Below, piece after piece: positions 9,208 through 20,008 of a stretch of DNA of 61,918 bases (position 1 is the first letter of the stretch; every line of letters begins with the position of its first letter). The stretch spans positions 1-61,918 of the forward strand of contig JAPOQG010000146.1 in the NCBI GenBank assembly GCA_026710865.1, written 5' to 3'. The notes beneath the pieces are model-generated. The model was not told the DNA's origin and did no database searches. It saw only the letters and a list, made by a program, of their open reading frames with translations. The stretch comes from Acidimicrobiaceae bacterium (GTDB lineage: Bacteria; Actinomycetota; Acidimicrobiia; Acidimicrobiales; Aldehydirespiratoraceae). Both the position numbers and the translations under genes were made by a program.

Positions 9208-10851
9208 TCATCGGTCGTCCTCCCCATGTCCGGGATCGCCGCCGGTCTCGCCGTCGCTGCCGTGGCCGTTCTCGTCGGAGGACCGGGCCAGGTCGTCGAG
9301 GCTCACGGAGGGCTGCACGTCGGCCACCGGCTCGGCGAAGCCGGCCACGTTGTCCTCGACGTGGGCGATGATCGCGTCCACCGCGGGCTCGACCCGGTCG
9401 ATCACCGGCTTCGGGTAGACGCCCATGAACACGATGGCGACCAGGAAGGGCGCCATCACCAGGCCCTCACGCCAGCGCAGGTCCGGCATCTCGGCGTTGG
9501 CCCCCGAAGCCGGTCCGTGGAACACCCTCTGGTAGGCCCACAGCAGGTACACGGCGGCCAGGATCACCCCCGCGGCAGCGACGACGGCCCACCAGCGGTG
9601 GGCGTTGAAGGCGCCCAGCAGCACCAGCAGCTCACCGACGAAGCCGTTGAGCCCGGGCAGCCCCACCGACGACAGCATCACCACCGTGAACACCGCGGCC
9701 ATCAGCGGCGCCGGCTTCTGCAGGCCCCCCAGCTCGGAGATCTCACGGGTGTGGCGGCGCTCGTAGATCATCCCGACCAGCAGGAACAGCGCACCGGTGG
9801 ACACGCCGTGGTTCACCATCTGCAGCACACCGCCGGTGATGCCCTCGGTGTTGAGCGCGAAGGTGCCGATCACGATGAAGCCGAGGTGGGCGACCGACGA
9901 GTAGGCCACCAGACGCTTGAGGTCCCGCTGCATGGCCGCGGCGATGGCGCCGTAGATGATCCCGATCACGCCCAGCGTCACCATCAGCGGCGCGAAGAAC
10001 ACCGACGCCTCCGGGAACAGGTACAGGCCGAAGCGCAACAGGCCGTAGGTTCCGAGTTTCAGCATCACCGCGGCCAGGATCACCGAGCCCGCGGTGGGCG
10101 CGTTGGTGTGGGCGTCGGGCAGCCAGGTGTGCACCGGGAACAGCGGCACCTTCACCGCGAAGGCCAGCGCGAAGGCCAGGAACAGCCATCGGGCCGTGTT
10201 GGTGGCCAGCACCTGGTTCTCGGCGATGGCGAGCAGGTCGAAGGTCACGTCGCCCCCGGCCGCCGAGGAGTGCAGGAAGGCCAGGGCCACGATGGCCACC
10301 AGCATCAGGGCCGAGCCGAACATGGTGAACAGGAAGAACTTGGTTGCCGCGTAGGCCCGCCGACCGTGGCCCCAGCCCCCGATGAGGAAGTACATGGGCA
10401 CCAGCACGATCTCGAAGAAGACGAAGAACATGACCAGGTCGAGGGCCACGAAGGTGCCCAGGCAACCGGCCTCCAGGATCAGCATCCAGGCGTAGTAGGG
10501 CTTGGGCGAGTGCTCGGGGTCCACGCCGACGATGGCCAGCGGGAAGATCAGCGCGGTCATCACCACCAGGAACAGCGAGAGCCCGTCCACACCGACATTC
10601 CAGGAGACGCCGAGCCCCTCGATCCAGGTGTGCCGGTCCGCGAACTGGAAGGCATGGGCGATGTCCGTCTCGAACGCCCAGAGCATCCACACCACCAGCG
10701 CCGCCGGCAGCAGCGAGGCCAGCAGCGCCACCAGCTTGAACAGGTCGGGCCGGGTGCGGGGCAGGGCCAGCAGCACCAGGGCCCCGGCCGCGGGAACCAG
10801 CACCAGCACGGTGAGCACCGCCGGGAACGACGCAGAGGAGACCGAGGCCAT
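9208..10851 (-). CDS. nuoM: NADH-quinone oxidoreductase subunit M
   Basis: 547-aa Mrp-antiporter-like subunit, in the position between nuoL and nuoN. Confidence 0.93.
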   Translation of the reverse strand: MASVSSASFPAVLTVLVLVPAAGALVLLALPRTRPDLFKLVALLASLLPAALVVWMLWAFETDIAHAFQFADRHTWIEGLGVSWNVGVDGLSLFLVVMTALIFPLAIVGVDPEHSPKPYYAWMLILEAGCLGTFVALDLVMFFVFFEIVLVPMYFLIGGWGHGRRAYAATKFFLFTMFGSALMLVAIVALAFLHSSAAGGDVTFDLLAIAENQVLATNTARWLFLAFALAFAVKVPLFPVHTWLPDAHTNAPTAGSVILAAVMLKLGTYGLLRFGLYLFPEASVFFAPLMVTLGVIGIIYGAIAAAMQRDLKRLVAYSSVAHLGFIVIGTFALNTEGITGGVLQMVNHGVSTGALFLLVGMIYERRHTREISELGGLQKPAPLMAAVFTVVMLSSVGLPGLNGFVGELLVLLGAFNAHRWWAVVAAAGVILAAVYLLWAYQRVFHGPASGANAEMPDLRWREGLVMAPFLVAIVFMGVYPKPVIDRVEPAVDAIIAHVEDNVAGFAEPVADVQPSVSLDDLARSSDENGHGSDGETGGDPGHGEDDR

Positions 10852-10965
10852 CTACCCGCCCGCCCCGTCGCATGACCGCAACCACGCCGTCAACATCCCG
10901 GCCGCGGGATCCGACACGCCGGCGGCGAGCACCGGCGGACACCACGCGGAGACGGCAGTGCCCAT

Positions 10966-12843
10966 CTACAGGCTCGCCCTCGACAGGAACCACACCAGCA
11001 GCGCCACCGCTCCGGCCGCAGCGAGCAGCGCGTACGACCGCACGAACCCGGACTGCACCCGCCGCAGCGCCGCGCCGCCGGCCCGCACCGACCGGCCCAC
11101 CCCGTCGACCGCTCCGTCGACGACCCTCGAATCGAAGGTCGCCACCAACTCGAAGGCCCGCCGGCCGGGCCCGCCCACGAAGCGGGTGACCGCCTCGTCG
11201 ACATAGAACGCCCGGGCCGCGGCGGGCCGCTCCAGGAGGCTGGCCGGCAGCCGGCCCCGCAGGTACACCGCGACCGCTCCGGCGATCCCGGCGGCGGCCC
11301 CCACTACGGCCACCAGCGCCAGCAGCCACTGCGCCCCGCCGCCGACGGCGAGGTGGGCCTCGTTGCCGAACAGCGAGGGCTTCAGCCATGTGCCCAGGAA
11401 GTGGAGGTCCTTGGTGAAGGGGAGGTTCATCACCCCGGCCACCGCCGCGGCCGCGGCCAGCACCACCAGCGGCGCGGTCATCACCGGCGAGGGCTCGTGC
11501 GGATGCTGCTCGTCGCCGTAGCGGGCCTCGCCGTAGAAGGTCATGAACACCAGGCGGCTCATGTAGAAGGCGGTGAGGACGGCGGTGACCAGGCCGACCA
11601 GCCACAGCGCCGGGTGGGCGTCGAAGGCGTAGGCGAGGATCTCGTCCTTGGACCAGAAGCCCGCGAACGGCGGCACCCCGGCGATGGCCAGCCAGCCGAC
11701 GATGAACGTGATCGAGGTGACCGGCATGGCGGCCCGCAGCGCGCCGTAGCGGCGCATGTCCTGGTCGCCGCCGAGAGCGTGGATCACCGATCCCGAGCCG
11801 AGGAACAGCAGCGCCTTGAAGAAGGCGTGGGTGACCATGTGGAAGATCGCGGCCACATACGCGCCCGTGCCCACGGCCAGCATCATGTAGCCGAGCTGGC
11901 TGACGGTGGAGTAGGCCAGAACCTTCTTGATGTCGTTCTGGGCCACCGCCGCCCCCGCCGCGAACAGGGCGGTGGCCACCCCCACCCAGGCGATCATGTC
12001 CGGGGCCCAGGCGTCGGCCGCGGCGATCAGCGGGTTGACCCGGACCATCAGGTAGACGCCCGCGGTGACCATGGTGGCCGCGTGGATCAGCGCGGAGACC
12101 GGGGTGGGGCCGGCCATGGCGTCGGGCAGCCAGATGTACAGCGGCAGTTGCGCCGACTTGCCGGCCGCGCCCACGAACAGCAGCACCACGATGGCTGTGG
12201 CGGTGCTCGACGGCAGCGACCCGGCGTGGCCGAACAGGTCGAGGTACCGCACCGAGCCCAGCGCACCGAAGGCCCAGAACATGGCCAGCATGAAGCCCCA
12301 GTCGCCCACCCGGTTGGTGACGAACGCCTTCTTGCCCGCGACGGCGTTGGCCTCCTCGGTGAACCAGAACGAGATGAGCAGGTAGGAGCAGACGCCCACA
12401 CCCTCCCAACCGAGGAATGTGAGGGCCAGGTTGTCGCCCAGCACCAGCACCAGCATCGAGAAGGCGAACAGGTTGAGGTAGACGAAGAACTTCGAGAAGT
12501 CGCGGTCGCCGTGCATGTAGCCGACGGCGTAGAGATGGATGAGCGAGCCCACGCCGGTGACGAACAGGGCCATGGTCACCGACAGCGGGTCCACGAGGAG
12601 GCCGGCGTCCACCGAGAAGTCCCCGGCCGGGACCCATTCGAAGAGGGTGACCACGAAACGGCGCTCGGCCGGGTCGCGGCCCATGAGGCCGGCGAACACC
12701 GCCACCGAGGACACGAACGAGCCGACCATGGCGGCGGTGGCCAGCCAGCCGGCGCGGGGCTCGCCGAGGCGGCGCCCGGCGGTGAGCAGCACGACGAAGC
12801 CGGCCAGCGGGAACGCGCAGATCAGCCACGCGGCAGCGCCCAT
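10966..12843 (-). CDS. nuoL: NADH-quinone oxidoreductase subunit L
   Basis: ORF trimmed to the ATG at 12843 (MGAAAWLICAFPLAGF...), preceded by GGAAGG. Antiporter-like subunit with a C-terminal lateral-helix extension. Confidence 0.92.
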   Translation of the reverse strand: MGAAAWLICAFPLAGFVVLLTAGRRLGEPRAGWLATAAMVGSFVSSVAVFAGLMGRDPAERRFVVTLFEWVPAGDFSVDAGLLVDPLSVTMALFVTGVGSLIHLYAVGYMHGDRDFSKFFVYLNLFAFSMLVLVLGDNLALTFLGWEGVGVCSYLLISFWFTEEANAVAGKKAFVTNRVGDWGFMLAMFWAFGALGSVRYLDLFGHAGSLPSSTATAIVVLLFVGAAGKSAQLPLYIWLPDAMAGPTPVSALIHAATMVTAGVYLMVRVNPLIAAADAWAPDMIAWVGVATALFAAGAAVAQNDIKKVLAYSTVSQLGYMMLAVGTGAYVAAIFHMVTHAFFKALLFLGSGSVIHALGGDQDMRRYGALRAAMPVTSITFIVGWLAIAGVPPFAGFWSKDEILAYAFDAHPALWLVGLVTAVLTAFYMSRLVFMTFYGEARYGDEQHPHEPSPVMTAPLVVLAAAAAVAGVMNLPFTKDLHFLGTWLKPSLFGNEAHLAVGGGAQWLLALVAVVGAAAGIAGAVAVYLRGRLPASLLERPAAARAFYVDEAVTRFVGGPGRRAFELVATFDSRVVDGAVDGVGRSVRAGGAALRRVQSGFVRSYALLAAAGAVALLVWFLSRASL

Positions 12844-12902
12844 ATCAGGCCTTCCGCCGGGCCACGAAGAACCCGCTCGGCATGTCCACGTCGATGCCCA
12901 TC

Positions 12903-13217
12903 TCAGCCCTTCAGCGTCGACACGTCGTCGACGGTCGCCCCTGAGCGCCGCCGGTTGATGGCCACGACCAGGGCCAGACCGATCACCACTTCGGTGGCCG
13001 CCACCACCAGCACGAAGAACACCGCGATCTGCCCGCCCACATCGTTGAGGCCCGCTCCGAGGGCCACGAAGGTGACGTTGACCGCGTTGAGCATCAGCTC
13101 GACGCACATGAACATCACCAGCGGGTTGCGGCGCACCAGCAGCCCGACGGCCCCGATGATGAACAGCGCGGCCGCCAGCCCCAGGTACCAGCCGGTGGTC
13201 AGTCCGCTCAGGTCCAT
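12903..13217 (-). CDS. nuoK: NADH-quinone oxidoreductase subunit K
   Basis: 104-aa three-helix protein; RRNPLVMFMCVELMLNAVN is a typical NuoK block. Confidence 0.93.
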   Translation of the reverse strand: MDLSGLTTGWYLGLAAALFIIGAVGLLVRRNPLVMFMCVELMLNAVNVTFVALGAGLNDVGGQIAVFFVLVVAATEVVIGLALVVAINRRRSGATVDDVSTLKG

Positions 13218-13233
13218 GACTCGCTCGGCCCCG

Positions 13234-13794
13234 TCACCCGCGGCCGGACTCGGCCGGCGCGGCCCGGTCGGACCGGGCAGCGCGGCGGGTGAGCACCACC
13301 GCGCCGACTACTGCGATCGTCAGGAGGGCGGCCGTGATCTCCACCGAGAAGGCGAACTCGCCGAACAGCACCCGGCCCATCCGCTCGATGTCGGTGGCCT
13401 CGCCGTCGAGGGCCCGCTCGCCGCCACTCCGCCTGATCCCGCTGAGCAAGTCGGCGGTGGCGAAGATCACCGTGCCCAACACCGCGGCCAGCGCCACGCC
13501 GATCACGGCCGCCAGCGGCCGCTGCCCGAAGATGGGATCCACCCGCAGCTCCTCGGCCTTGTCGACGCCCAGCAGCATGATCACGAACAGGAAGAGGATC
13601 ACGATGGCCCCGGCGTAGACCACCACCTGCACCGCGGCCAGGAAGTGGGCGTCGTTCAGGATGAACAGCAGGGCCACGCCGACCAGGGTCTGGACCAGGA
13701 ACAGCGCCGCATGGACCGGGTTGCGACTGGCCACCACGCCGATGGCGCCCGCGAGCATCAGGACCGCGGCCACCGCGAACACCGCCTCAGCCAT
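13234..13794 (-). CDS. nuoJ: NADH-quinone oxidoreductase subunit J
   Basis: Internal ATG at 13794 ([32 protein letters not shown]...) within track ORF 13234..14373. It overlaps the nuoI stop by 8 nt. Confidence 0.9.
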   Translation of the reverse strand: MAEAVFAVAAVLMLAGAIGVVASRNPVHAALFLVQTLVGVALLFILNDAHFLAAVQVVVYAGAIVILFLFVIMLLGVDKAEELRVDPIFGQRPLAAVIGVALAAVLGTVIFATADLLSGIRRSGGERALDGEATDIERMGRVLFGEFAFSVEITAALLTIAVVGAVVLTRRAARSDRAAPAESGRG

Positions 13795-14479
13795 CAGACG
13801 GCCCACCCTCGGTTGCGACGTCCTCGCCACCGCCGGCCGGGGGAGCCTCCTCGTCGGCCGAGGGCCCATCCTCGGTATCGGCCGGCTCGGGCGGACGGAC
13901 GCCGTAGCCGAGCTCGCCCGACCAGGCCACCTCCCCGACGTAGCGGCTGTCCCCCGACGGCGACGTTGCCCGCATCCACCCCGAGGTGAGGGCGTCGTCG
14001 CCGGCACGCCAGTCCTCCCAGGGCATCTGCCGGGGCCGGCCGTCGTCGTCCACCAGCAGCTCGTCCTTGGTGTAGATGGCGTCGTCGCGGCCGGTGAAGG
14101 AGAACTCGAACAGCTTCGACTCGGTGATGGCCTGGGTGGGGCAGGCCTCCACGCACAGGTCGCAGTGGATGCACCGCAGGTAGTTGATCTCGTACACGTA
14201 GCCGTAGCGCTCGCCCGGCGCGACGGGGTCGTCGGGATCGTTGTCGGCGCCGCGCACGTAGATGCACTTGGCCGGGCACACCCCGGCGCACAGCTCGCAG
14301 CCGATGCACTTCTCCATGCCGTCGTCGTAGCGGTTGAGCACATGGCGACCGTGCAGGCGCTCGGGCTTGTCACGCTTCTCGTCGGAGGGCGAGTCGTCGA
14401 AGCCGCCCCGGTAGTCGGTGGTGACCCGGGGCAGGAACAGCTGGCGCAGGGTCACCGCGAAGCCGTGGAGGTATCCCAT
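13787..14479 (-). CDS. nuoI: NADH-quinone oxidoreductase subunit I (2x[4Fe-4S])
   Basis: [12 protein letters not shown] and [12 protein letters not shown] ferredoxin motifs. Acidic/Pro-rich C-terminal extension. Confidence 0.93.
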   Translation of the reverse strand: MGYLHGFAVTLRQLFLPRVTTDYRGGFDDSPSDEKRDKPERLHGRHVLNRYDDGMEKCIGCELCAGVCPAKCIYVRGADNDPDDPVAPGERYGYVYEINYLRCIHCDLCVEACPTQAITESKLFEFSFTGRDDAIYTKDELLVDDDGRPRQMPWEDWRAGDDALTSGWMRATSPSGDSRYVGEVAWSGELGYGVRPPEPADTEDGPSADEEAPPAGGGEDVATEGGPSDG

Positions 14480-14480
14480 G

Positions 14481-15764
14481 TCAGTTCCTCTCCCCTGTCA
14501 GCTCGGCCTCGCCGCCGGCGGGCTCGCCCGCGCCGCCGGGAGGGTCCCCGCCGCGCTGCCCTCGTCGAACCGCCTGGGCCAGCAGCAGGCCGGCCAGCCC
14601 GAACGCCACCAGAGTCACCGTGGTCACGGCCACCGTGTTCCAGCCGCGGTCGCGGCTCACTTCCAGGGCCGCGAGGAACAGGAACCAGCCCAGAGCCACC
14701 GGGATGAGCAGCTTCCAGCCGAGGTTCATCAGCTGGTCGTAGCGGAACCGGGGCAGCGTGGCCCGCATCCACACGAAGCAGAACAGCAGCACGAACAGCT
14801 TCAGGAAGAACCACACCACCCCCCAGGCCCAGGCGATGCCGAAGCCGCCGACCTCGCTGACGAGCGCAGGGCCGGAGGGGCCGCCCAGGAACAGCGTGAC
14901 GATGACGGCCGACACCGTGATGGTGTTCATGAACTCGGCCAGGAAGAACAGGGCGAAGCGGATCGACGAGTACTCGGTGTGGAAGCCGCCGACGAGCTCC
15001 TGCTCGGCCTCCACCAAGTCGAACGGCGGGCGGTTGAGCTCGGCGGTGCCCGCGATGGCGAACACGATGAACGGGACTAGGCCGGTGACGATGACGTTCC
15101 AGCGCGGGACGATGCCGAAGTACCCCTCGGCCGCCTGCGCCACCACCATGTCGTGGGTGGACAGGCCTCCGGCGACCAGCACGATGGACGCCACCGCCAA
15201 TCCCAGCGCGGCCTCGTAGCTCACCATCTGCGCCGAGGCCCGCACCGACCCCAGCAGCGGGTACTTCGACCCCGACGACCAGCCGGCCAGCATCACCCCG
15301 TAGACGGCCACCGAGCTCATGGCCAGGAACAGCAGGATGCCCACCGGCGGGTCGGCCACCTGGATGTAGGTGATGCGGCCCCACCATTCGACCTCGCCGG
15401 CGCGGCTGTTGAAGTCGCCGCCGAGCGGGACGATGGCGAAGGCCAGGAACGCCGGGATGAGCGACAGGTAGGGCGCCAGCTTGAACACGAACCGGTCCGA
15501 GCGGTCCGGGACCAGGTCCTCCTTGAAGAAGAGCTTGATGCCGTCGGCCATGGTCTGGAGGACGCCGAAGGGCCCTGCGATGGTGGGTCCGAAGCGCTGG
15601 TGCATCCCTCCCAGGAGCTTGCGCTCGAACCAGATCATCAGCATCACGGCCACGAGCAGGAACGCGAAGGCGACCACCACCTTGGCCAGGGTCAGCAGGA
15701 CCTCCACCAGCCCGATGTCGCCGGCCAGCATCGGGTCGGCAGCCAGCACGAAGTGGCCGCTCAT
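14481..15764 (-). CDS. nuoH: NADH-quinone oxidoreductase subunit H
   Basis: 427-aa polytopic protein with NuoH/ND1-like blocks ([30 protein letters not shown]). Confidence 0.93.
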   Translation of the reverse strand: MSGHFVLAADPMLAGDIGLVEVLLTLAKVVVAFAFLLVAVMLMIWFERKLLGGMHQRFGPTIAGPFGVLQTMADGIKLFFKEDLVPDRSDRFVFKLAPYLSLIPAFLAFAIVPLGGDFNSRAGEVEWWGRITYIQVADPPVGILLFLAMSSVAVYGVMLAGWSSGSKYPLLGSVRASAQMVSYEAALGLAVASIVLVAGGLSTHDMVVAQAAEGYFGIVPRWNVIVTGLVPFIVFAIAGTAELNRPPFDLVEAEQELVGGFHTEYSSIRFALFFLAEFMNTITVSAVIVTLFLGGPSGPALVSEVGGFGIAWAWGVVWFFLKLFVLLFCFVWMRATLPRFRYDQLMNLGWKLLIPVALGWFLFLAALEVSRDRGWNTVAVTTVTLVAFGLAGLLLAQAVRRGQRGGDPPGGAGEPAGGEAELTGERN

Positions 15765-15866
15765 CGGACTCCGCCCGCCCGCCGGGTGCGCATCATCGGG
15801 CCTCCACCCTCTTCGGCGTGGCGCCGGTTCCCGCGACCATCGACGATGCCTGGACGGGCACGGGCA

Positions 15867-18554
15867 TCACCAGGCCTCCACCCTGACCACGGTGACGTCG
15901 GTTCCCGCGGCGATGAGCCTGTTGGCCGGCGCGCCCGGCGCCAGCCAGTCCACCCTCAACGAGCCGGCCGGCACGCCGGCGTCGGTGGTCAGGGTCGCCT
16001 CGATGTGGCCGAAGTCCGAGACGACCCGGACCGCCGCGCCGACCTCGACACCGGCGCGGTCCGCGTCCGCCGGATTGATGCGGGCGGCGGCCGCCGCCGC
16101 GAGATCCCGGCTCGAGGGGCAATGGCGCAGCATCATGCCGTCGTCGTACATGGTGCGGGTCGCTACCAGCAGGAACTCGCCCTCATTGAGGCCCTCGGCT
16201 GGGGCCTCCGGATCGTCCTCCCGGCCGGCGGGTCCTGTCACGGGCGCGGCCTGGCGGCGCGAGCGCCGCCATTCCTTGCCCCCGTGCCACCCCCCGGCCT
16301 CGCCGGTCGCGCCGACACCTGCTAGCAGCACACCCTCTAGATGATTCTGGGTTAGGGCCTCTTCGGTGAGGGGAGCGTGCACTTCGGAGACTCTCGCTAG
16401 TTCGGCTCTTATGGCTTGGGGGGGGTCGAGCCCGTCGGTCGAGCCCGGTTCCAGCCGCTCGGACAGGTCCGCCGCGATCATCCAGTCGGCGCGGGCCGTT
16501 CCCGGCGGGGTCACCTTGCGGCTCATGATGCTGACCCGGCCCTCGAGGTTGGTGAAGGTGCCGTCGCATTCGGTCGGGCCCGCGGCCGGCAGAACGATGC
16601 GGGCGGCGAGGGAGACCGAGTCGTTCTCGAACAGATCGACGGCCACCACGACCGAGGCGCCTCGAAGGCCCCGGTAGGCGAGGTCGCGGTCGACGAAGTC
16701 GTTGAGCGGATCGGCGCCCAGCAGCACGAGCACATCGATGTCCCCGCGGGCTGCCGCCCTGAGGATGCCCGACGCGTCCAGTCCCGGCGAGGCAGGCAGC
16801 CGGGGCCAGCACCCGGCCAACGGCGCGCCGTCGCCGACTTCTTCGAGCCGCATCCGGCCCGGAACCAGATCCGGGGCCAGCCCCGCTTCGAGCGCCCCCA
16901 TCGCGTTGCCTCTGCGCAGTGCGGGCAGGACGCGCACCGAGGGAAGCCGCGACAGATCCCGGGCCGCGTCGTCGAGGATGTCGGCCGGCTCGGCCAGCGA
17001 CATGCGGCCCAGCACCGCGACCAGCCCTCCCTGGGCCCCGGACAAGGCTCGAGCGGCCGACTCGATGCCGGCCCGATCCGTCCCGAACGACGTTTCGGCG
17101 GTCGTCAGCGCCGCTCGCAGTTCGCTGACCCGGTCGCTCTTCGAGCCCGCGGCGAGGGCGCCCAGGACCGGCTCCTCCATCGCCGCGCTCCGCAGCACGT
17201 CCGGATCGGTCGCAAGCACCAGCGCTCGGACCAGCTCCGCGGTCGTGCCCGGTCGCGGGCGCAGGGAGTGCTCGGCCAAATGCGACAGGCCGGTGGCGTG
17301 AGGGGTGACCTCGACCAGCCTCACGCCGTCGTTGACGATGGCGTGGCGCAGCCGCAGGTACAGCGTCGGCAGTTCCTCCTTGGGGTCGGGGCCGACCAGC
17401 AGGACCGTGCCGCCGGGGCGGCAGGCGTCGTCGATCGTGGCCCTCGGCAGGCCGAGAACGAGACGGGGGTCCAGGCCGTCGCCGAGCTGGGAGTCGACGT
17501 TGTCGGTGCCGACCACGCCCTTGGCCAGCTTGGCCCACATGTACTGCGCCTCGTTGGTCAGCCTGGCCCCGCCCAGCACCGCCACCCGCTCGGGCGAGGC
17601 AGCCCTCAGGGCGTCGGCCACCGCCTCGAGGGCCTCACCCCATCCGGCCCGGCGGAACTCGCGACTGTCGCTGTCCGCCTCGGCCCTGATCTTCGGGGCG
17701 GGCAGGCGCGCCTCGCTGTTGAGTGCCTCGAAGCCGAAGCGCTCCTTGTCCGACAGCCAGCCCCAGTTGACGGCGTCGGCGTCGGCGCCCAGCACCCGCA
17801 GCACCCGGTTGCGGGACGCCTGAACCGCCACCCTCGACCCCAGGCTGTCCACCCAGGCGGTGGAGAGCGACTCGGTCAGGTCCCAGGGGCGGGCCTTGAA
17901 GCGGTAGGGCGCCGCGGTGAGCGCGCCCACCGGACAGATCTGCACGGTGTTGCCCGAGAAGTAGGAGGCGAAGGGCTCGCCGGTGAATGTGTTGACCTCG
18001 GTGTGGTTGCCGCGGCCCATGAAGTGGATCAGGGCGTCGCCGGCCACCTCGTCGGCGAACCGGGTGCAGCGGTCGCACAGGATGCAGCGCTCCCGGTCCA
18101 GGAAGACGGTCTCGCTGATGGCGATGGGCTTCGGGAAGTGGCGCTTCTCCTCCACGAAGCGGGTCTCGCCGGGGCCGTAGGCCATGGTCTGGTCCTGCAG
18201 AGGGCATTCGCCGCCCTTGTCGCACACCGGACAGTCGAGCGGGTGGTTTATGAGCAGGAACTCCAGCACGCCGTCCTGGGCCTTCTTGGCCGCCTCGGAC
18301 TCGGTGGACACCTTCATGCCCTCGCTCACCGGCACCATGCACGAGGGCTGCAGCGCGAAGCCCCGCCCGGTGTCCACCTCCACCAGGCACATGCGGCACA
18401 TGCCCACCGGGCTCATGCGGGAGTGGTAACAGAACCTCGGTATGTACGTTCCGCTGCGCTCGCAGGCCGCAATGAGCATCTCACCGGGCTTCGCGTCGAC
18501 TGCTGCGCCGTCGACGGTGATCTCCACCGTCGTTTCGGGCTCGGTCGCGGTCAT
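15867..18554 (-). CDS. nuoG: NADH-quinone oxidoreductase subunit G
   Basis: Starts at ATG 18554 (MTATEPETTVEITVDG...), overlapping the nuoF stop as ATGA. N-terminal 2Fe-2S/4Fe-4S cysteine clusters (CYHSRMSPVGMCRMCLVEV; CPVCDKGGECPLQ), then a molybdopterin-oxidoreductase-like domain. Confidence 0.92.
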   Translation of the reverse strand: MTATEPETTVEITVDGAAVDAKPGEMLIAACERSGTYIPRFCYHSRMSPVGMCRMCLVEVDTGRGFALQPSCMVPVSEGMKVSTESEAAKKAQDGVLEFLLINHPLDCPVCDKGGECPLQDQTMAYGPGETRFVEEKRHFPKPIAISETVFLDRERCILCDRCTRFADEVAGDALIHFMGRGNHTEVNTFTGEPFASYFSGNTVQICPVGALTAAPYRFKARPWDLTESLSTAWVDSLGSRVAVQASRNRVLRVLGADADAVNWGWLSDKERFGFEALNSEARLPAPKIRAEADSDSREFRRAGWGEALEAVADALRAASPERVAVLGGARLTNEAQYMWAKLAKGVVGTDNVDSQLGDGLDPRLVLGLPRATIDDACRPGGTVLLVGPDPKEELPTLYLRLRHAIVNDGVRLVEVTPHATGLSHLAEHSLRPRPGTTAELVRALVLATDPDVLRSAAMEEPVLGALAAGSKSDRVSELRAALTTAETSFGTDRAGIESAARALSGAQGGLVAVLGRMSLAEPADILDDAARDLSRLPSVRVLPALRRGNAMGALEAGLAPDLVPGRMRLEEVGDGAPLAGCWPRLPASPGLDASGILRAAARGDIDVLVLLGADPLNDFVDRDLAYRGLRGASVVVAVDLFENDSVSLAARIVLPAAGPTECDGTFTNLEGRVSIMSRKVTPPGTARADWMIAADLSERLEPGSTDGLDPPQAIRAELARVSEVHAPLTEEALTQNHLEGVLLAGVGATGEAGGWHGGKEWRRSRRQAAPVTGPAGREDDPEAPAEGLNEGEFLLVATRTMYDDGMMLRHCPSSRDLAAAAAARINPADADRAGVEVGAAVRVVSDFGHIEATLTTDAGVPAGSLRVDWLAPGAPANRLIAAGTDVTVVRVEAW

Positions 18555-20008
18555 TGGGGGGCTCCTGCGGGGACTACCTCTAGGGGGATGGGGTCGCGGC
18601 GGGTGATCTTGGACTCGTACTCTTCGCGGAAGCGCCGGATCGTGGACACCACCGGAGCGACTGCGGACGGCCCGAGCGGGCAGATCGTGGTCTGGCGGGG
18701 CGGGAACGGCACCGCGTCCGCGCCGTCGTGGGCGGCGACCGGGTAGGGACCGGGGCTGATGTTGTCGCCAATGTCGAGCAGCAGGTCGATGTCGGACGGC
18801 CGGCCCTCCCCGTCGAGGATGCGCCGCAGGATCTGCTCCAGCCAGGTGGTTCCCTCCCGGCACGGGGTGCACTTGCCGCACGACTCGCGGGCGAAGAACT
18901 TCACGACCCGCCACGCGGCCCTCACTGCGTCGGTGGTGTCGTCCATGACCACGATGGCGCCCGACCCCAGCATCGACCCGGCCGCACCGACGGGGCGGGC
19001 CTCCAGCGGCAGGTCCAGGTGGTCCTCGAAGAACCAGGGAGCCGAGCCCCCGCCGGGGATGAACATCTTCAGCTCGTGGCCGTCGCGGATGCCCCGGCAG
19101 AAGTTGTCGCCGTAGATCAGCTCCCGGAAGGTGGTCACCCCGTGCTCGACCTCGTACACGCCGGGACGGCGCAGGTGGCCCGACACGGCGAACATCCTCG
19201 TGCCCGGCGACGACTCCGAGCCGAAGCCCTTGTACGCGTCGGCGCCGTTCACCATCAGCCACGGCAGGTTGGAGAGCGTCTCCACGTTGTTGACGATGGT
19301 CGGCTGCCCGTACAGGCCGACGGCGGCCGGGAAGTAGGGCGGCTTGAGGCGCGGCATGCCCCTGCGGCCCTCGAGGCTCTCGATCAGCGCGGTCTCCTCG
19401 CCCACGATGTAGGCGCCCGCGCCCCACGCCATGACGATGTCCACCGAGAAGTCGCGGCCGCAGATCCCGCGGCCCACGTAGCCGGCCTCGTAGGCCTCGT
19501 TGAGCGCGGCCGCGATGCGCTCCTGGGCCAGGGCCATCTCGCCCCGCACGTACAGGAAGCACTGCTGCAGCCCCAGCGCGTAGCAGGCGATCAGGCACCC
19601 CTCGATGAGCTGGTGGGGGTCCCGCTCCATGAGCAGCCGGTCCTTGTAGGTCCCGGGCTCGCTCTCGTCGCCGTTCACGACCAGGTAGTACGGGTGCTTG
19701 CCCGGAGGCAGGAAGCCCCACTTGACCCCGGCCGGGAACCCGGCGCCTCCCCTTCCCAGCAGCGTCGCGGACCGCACCTCGTCGTGCACCGCGGCCGGCG
19801 TCATCTCCAGCGCGGCCCTCAGCCCCTCGTACCCGCCGGTGGACTCGTAGCGCGCCAGGGTGAAGGAGTCCTCGTGAACGAACCGGCCCGTGATCAGCTT
19901 CGGCCCGTCGTTGAGCACGTAACCCGGCGCGTGCGGGAGGTACCCGTCGCCGGCCGATCGGTCCGGCAGGGGCGCGGGGTGGCCGCCGGCCGCGGATGGC
20001 GTGCCCAT
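18551..20008 (-). CDS. nuoF: NADH-quinone oxidoreductase subunit F
   Basis: GAGAYIVGEETALIESLEG FMN/NADH block and CGKCTPCREG 4Fe-4S motif. Start ATG 20008 shares one nucleotide with the nuoE stop; N-terminal extent is uncertain. Confidence 0.9.
   Translation of the reverse strand: MGTPSAAGGHPAPLPDRSAGDGYLPHAPGYVLNDGPKLITGRFVHEDSFTLARYESTGGYEGLRAALEMTPAAVHDEVRSATLLGRGGAGFPAGVKWGFLPPGKHPYYLVVNGDESEPGTYKDRLLMERDPHQLIEGCLIACYALGLQQCFLYVRGEMALAQERIAAALNEAYEAGYVGRGICGRDFSVDIVMAWGAGAYIVGEETALIESLEGRRGMPRLKPPYFPAAVGLYGQPTIVNNVETLSNLPWLMVNGADAYKGFGSESSPGTRMFAVSGHLRRPGVYEVEHGVTTFRELIYGDNFCRGIRDGHELKMFIPGGGSAPWFFEDHLDLPLEARPVGAAGSMLGSGAIVVMDDTTDAVRAAWRVVKFFARESCGKCTPCREGTTWLEQILRRILDGEGRPSDIDLLLDIGDNISPGPYPVAAHDGADAVPFPPRQTTICPLGPSAVAPVVSTIRRFREEYESKITRRDPIPLEVVPAGAPQ

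Noticed and set aside
7581-9227. N-terminal 52-residue extension of nuoN overlapping nuoM
   Set aside because: The extension is hydrophilic and Gly/Arg-rich, unlike NuoN N-termini. The Met at 9071 starts the first hydrophobic helix. This leaves a 136-nt gap that I could not explain further.
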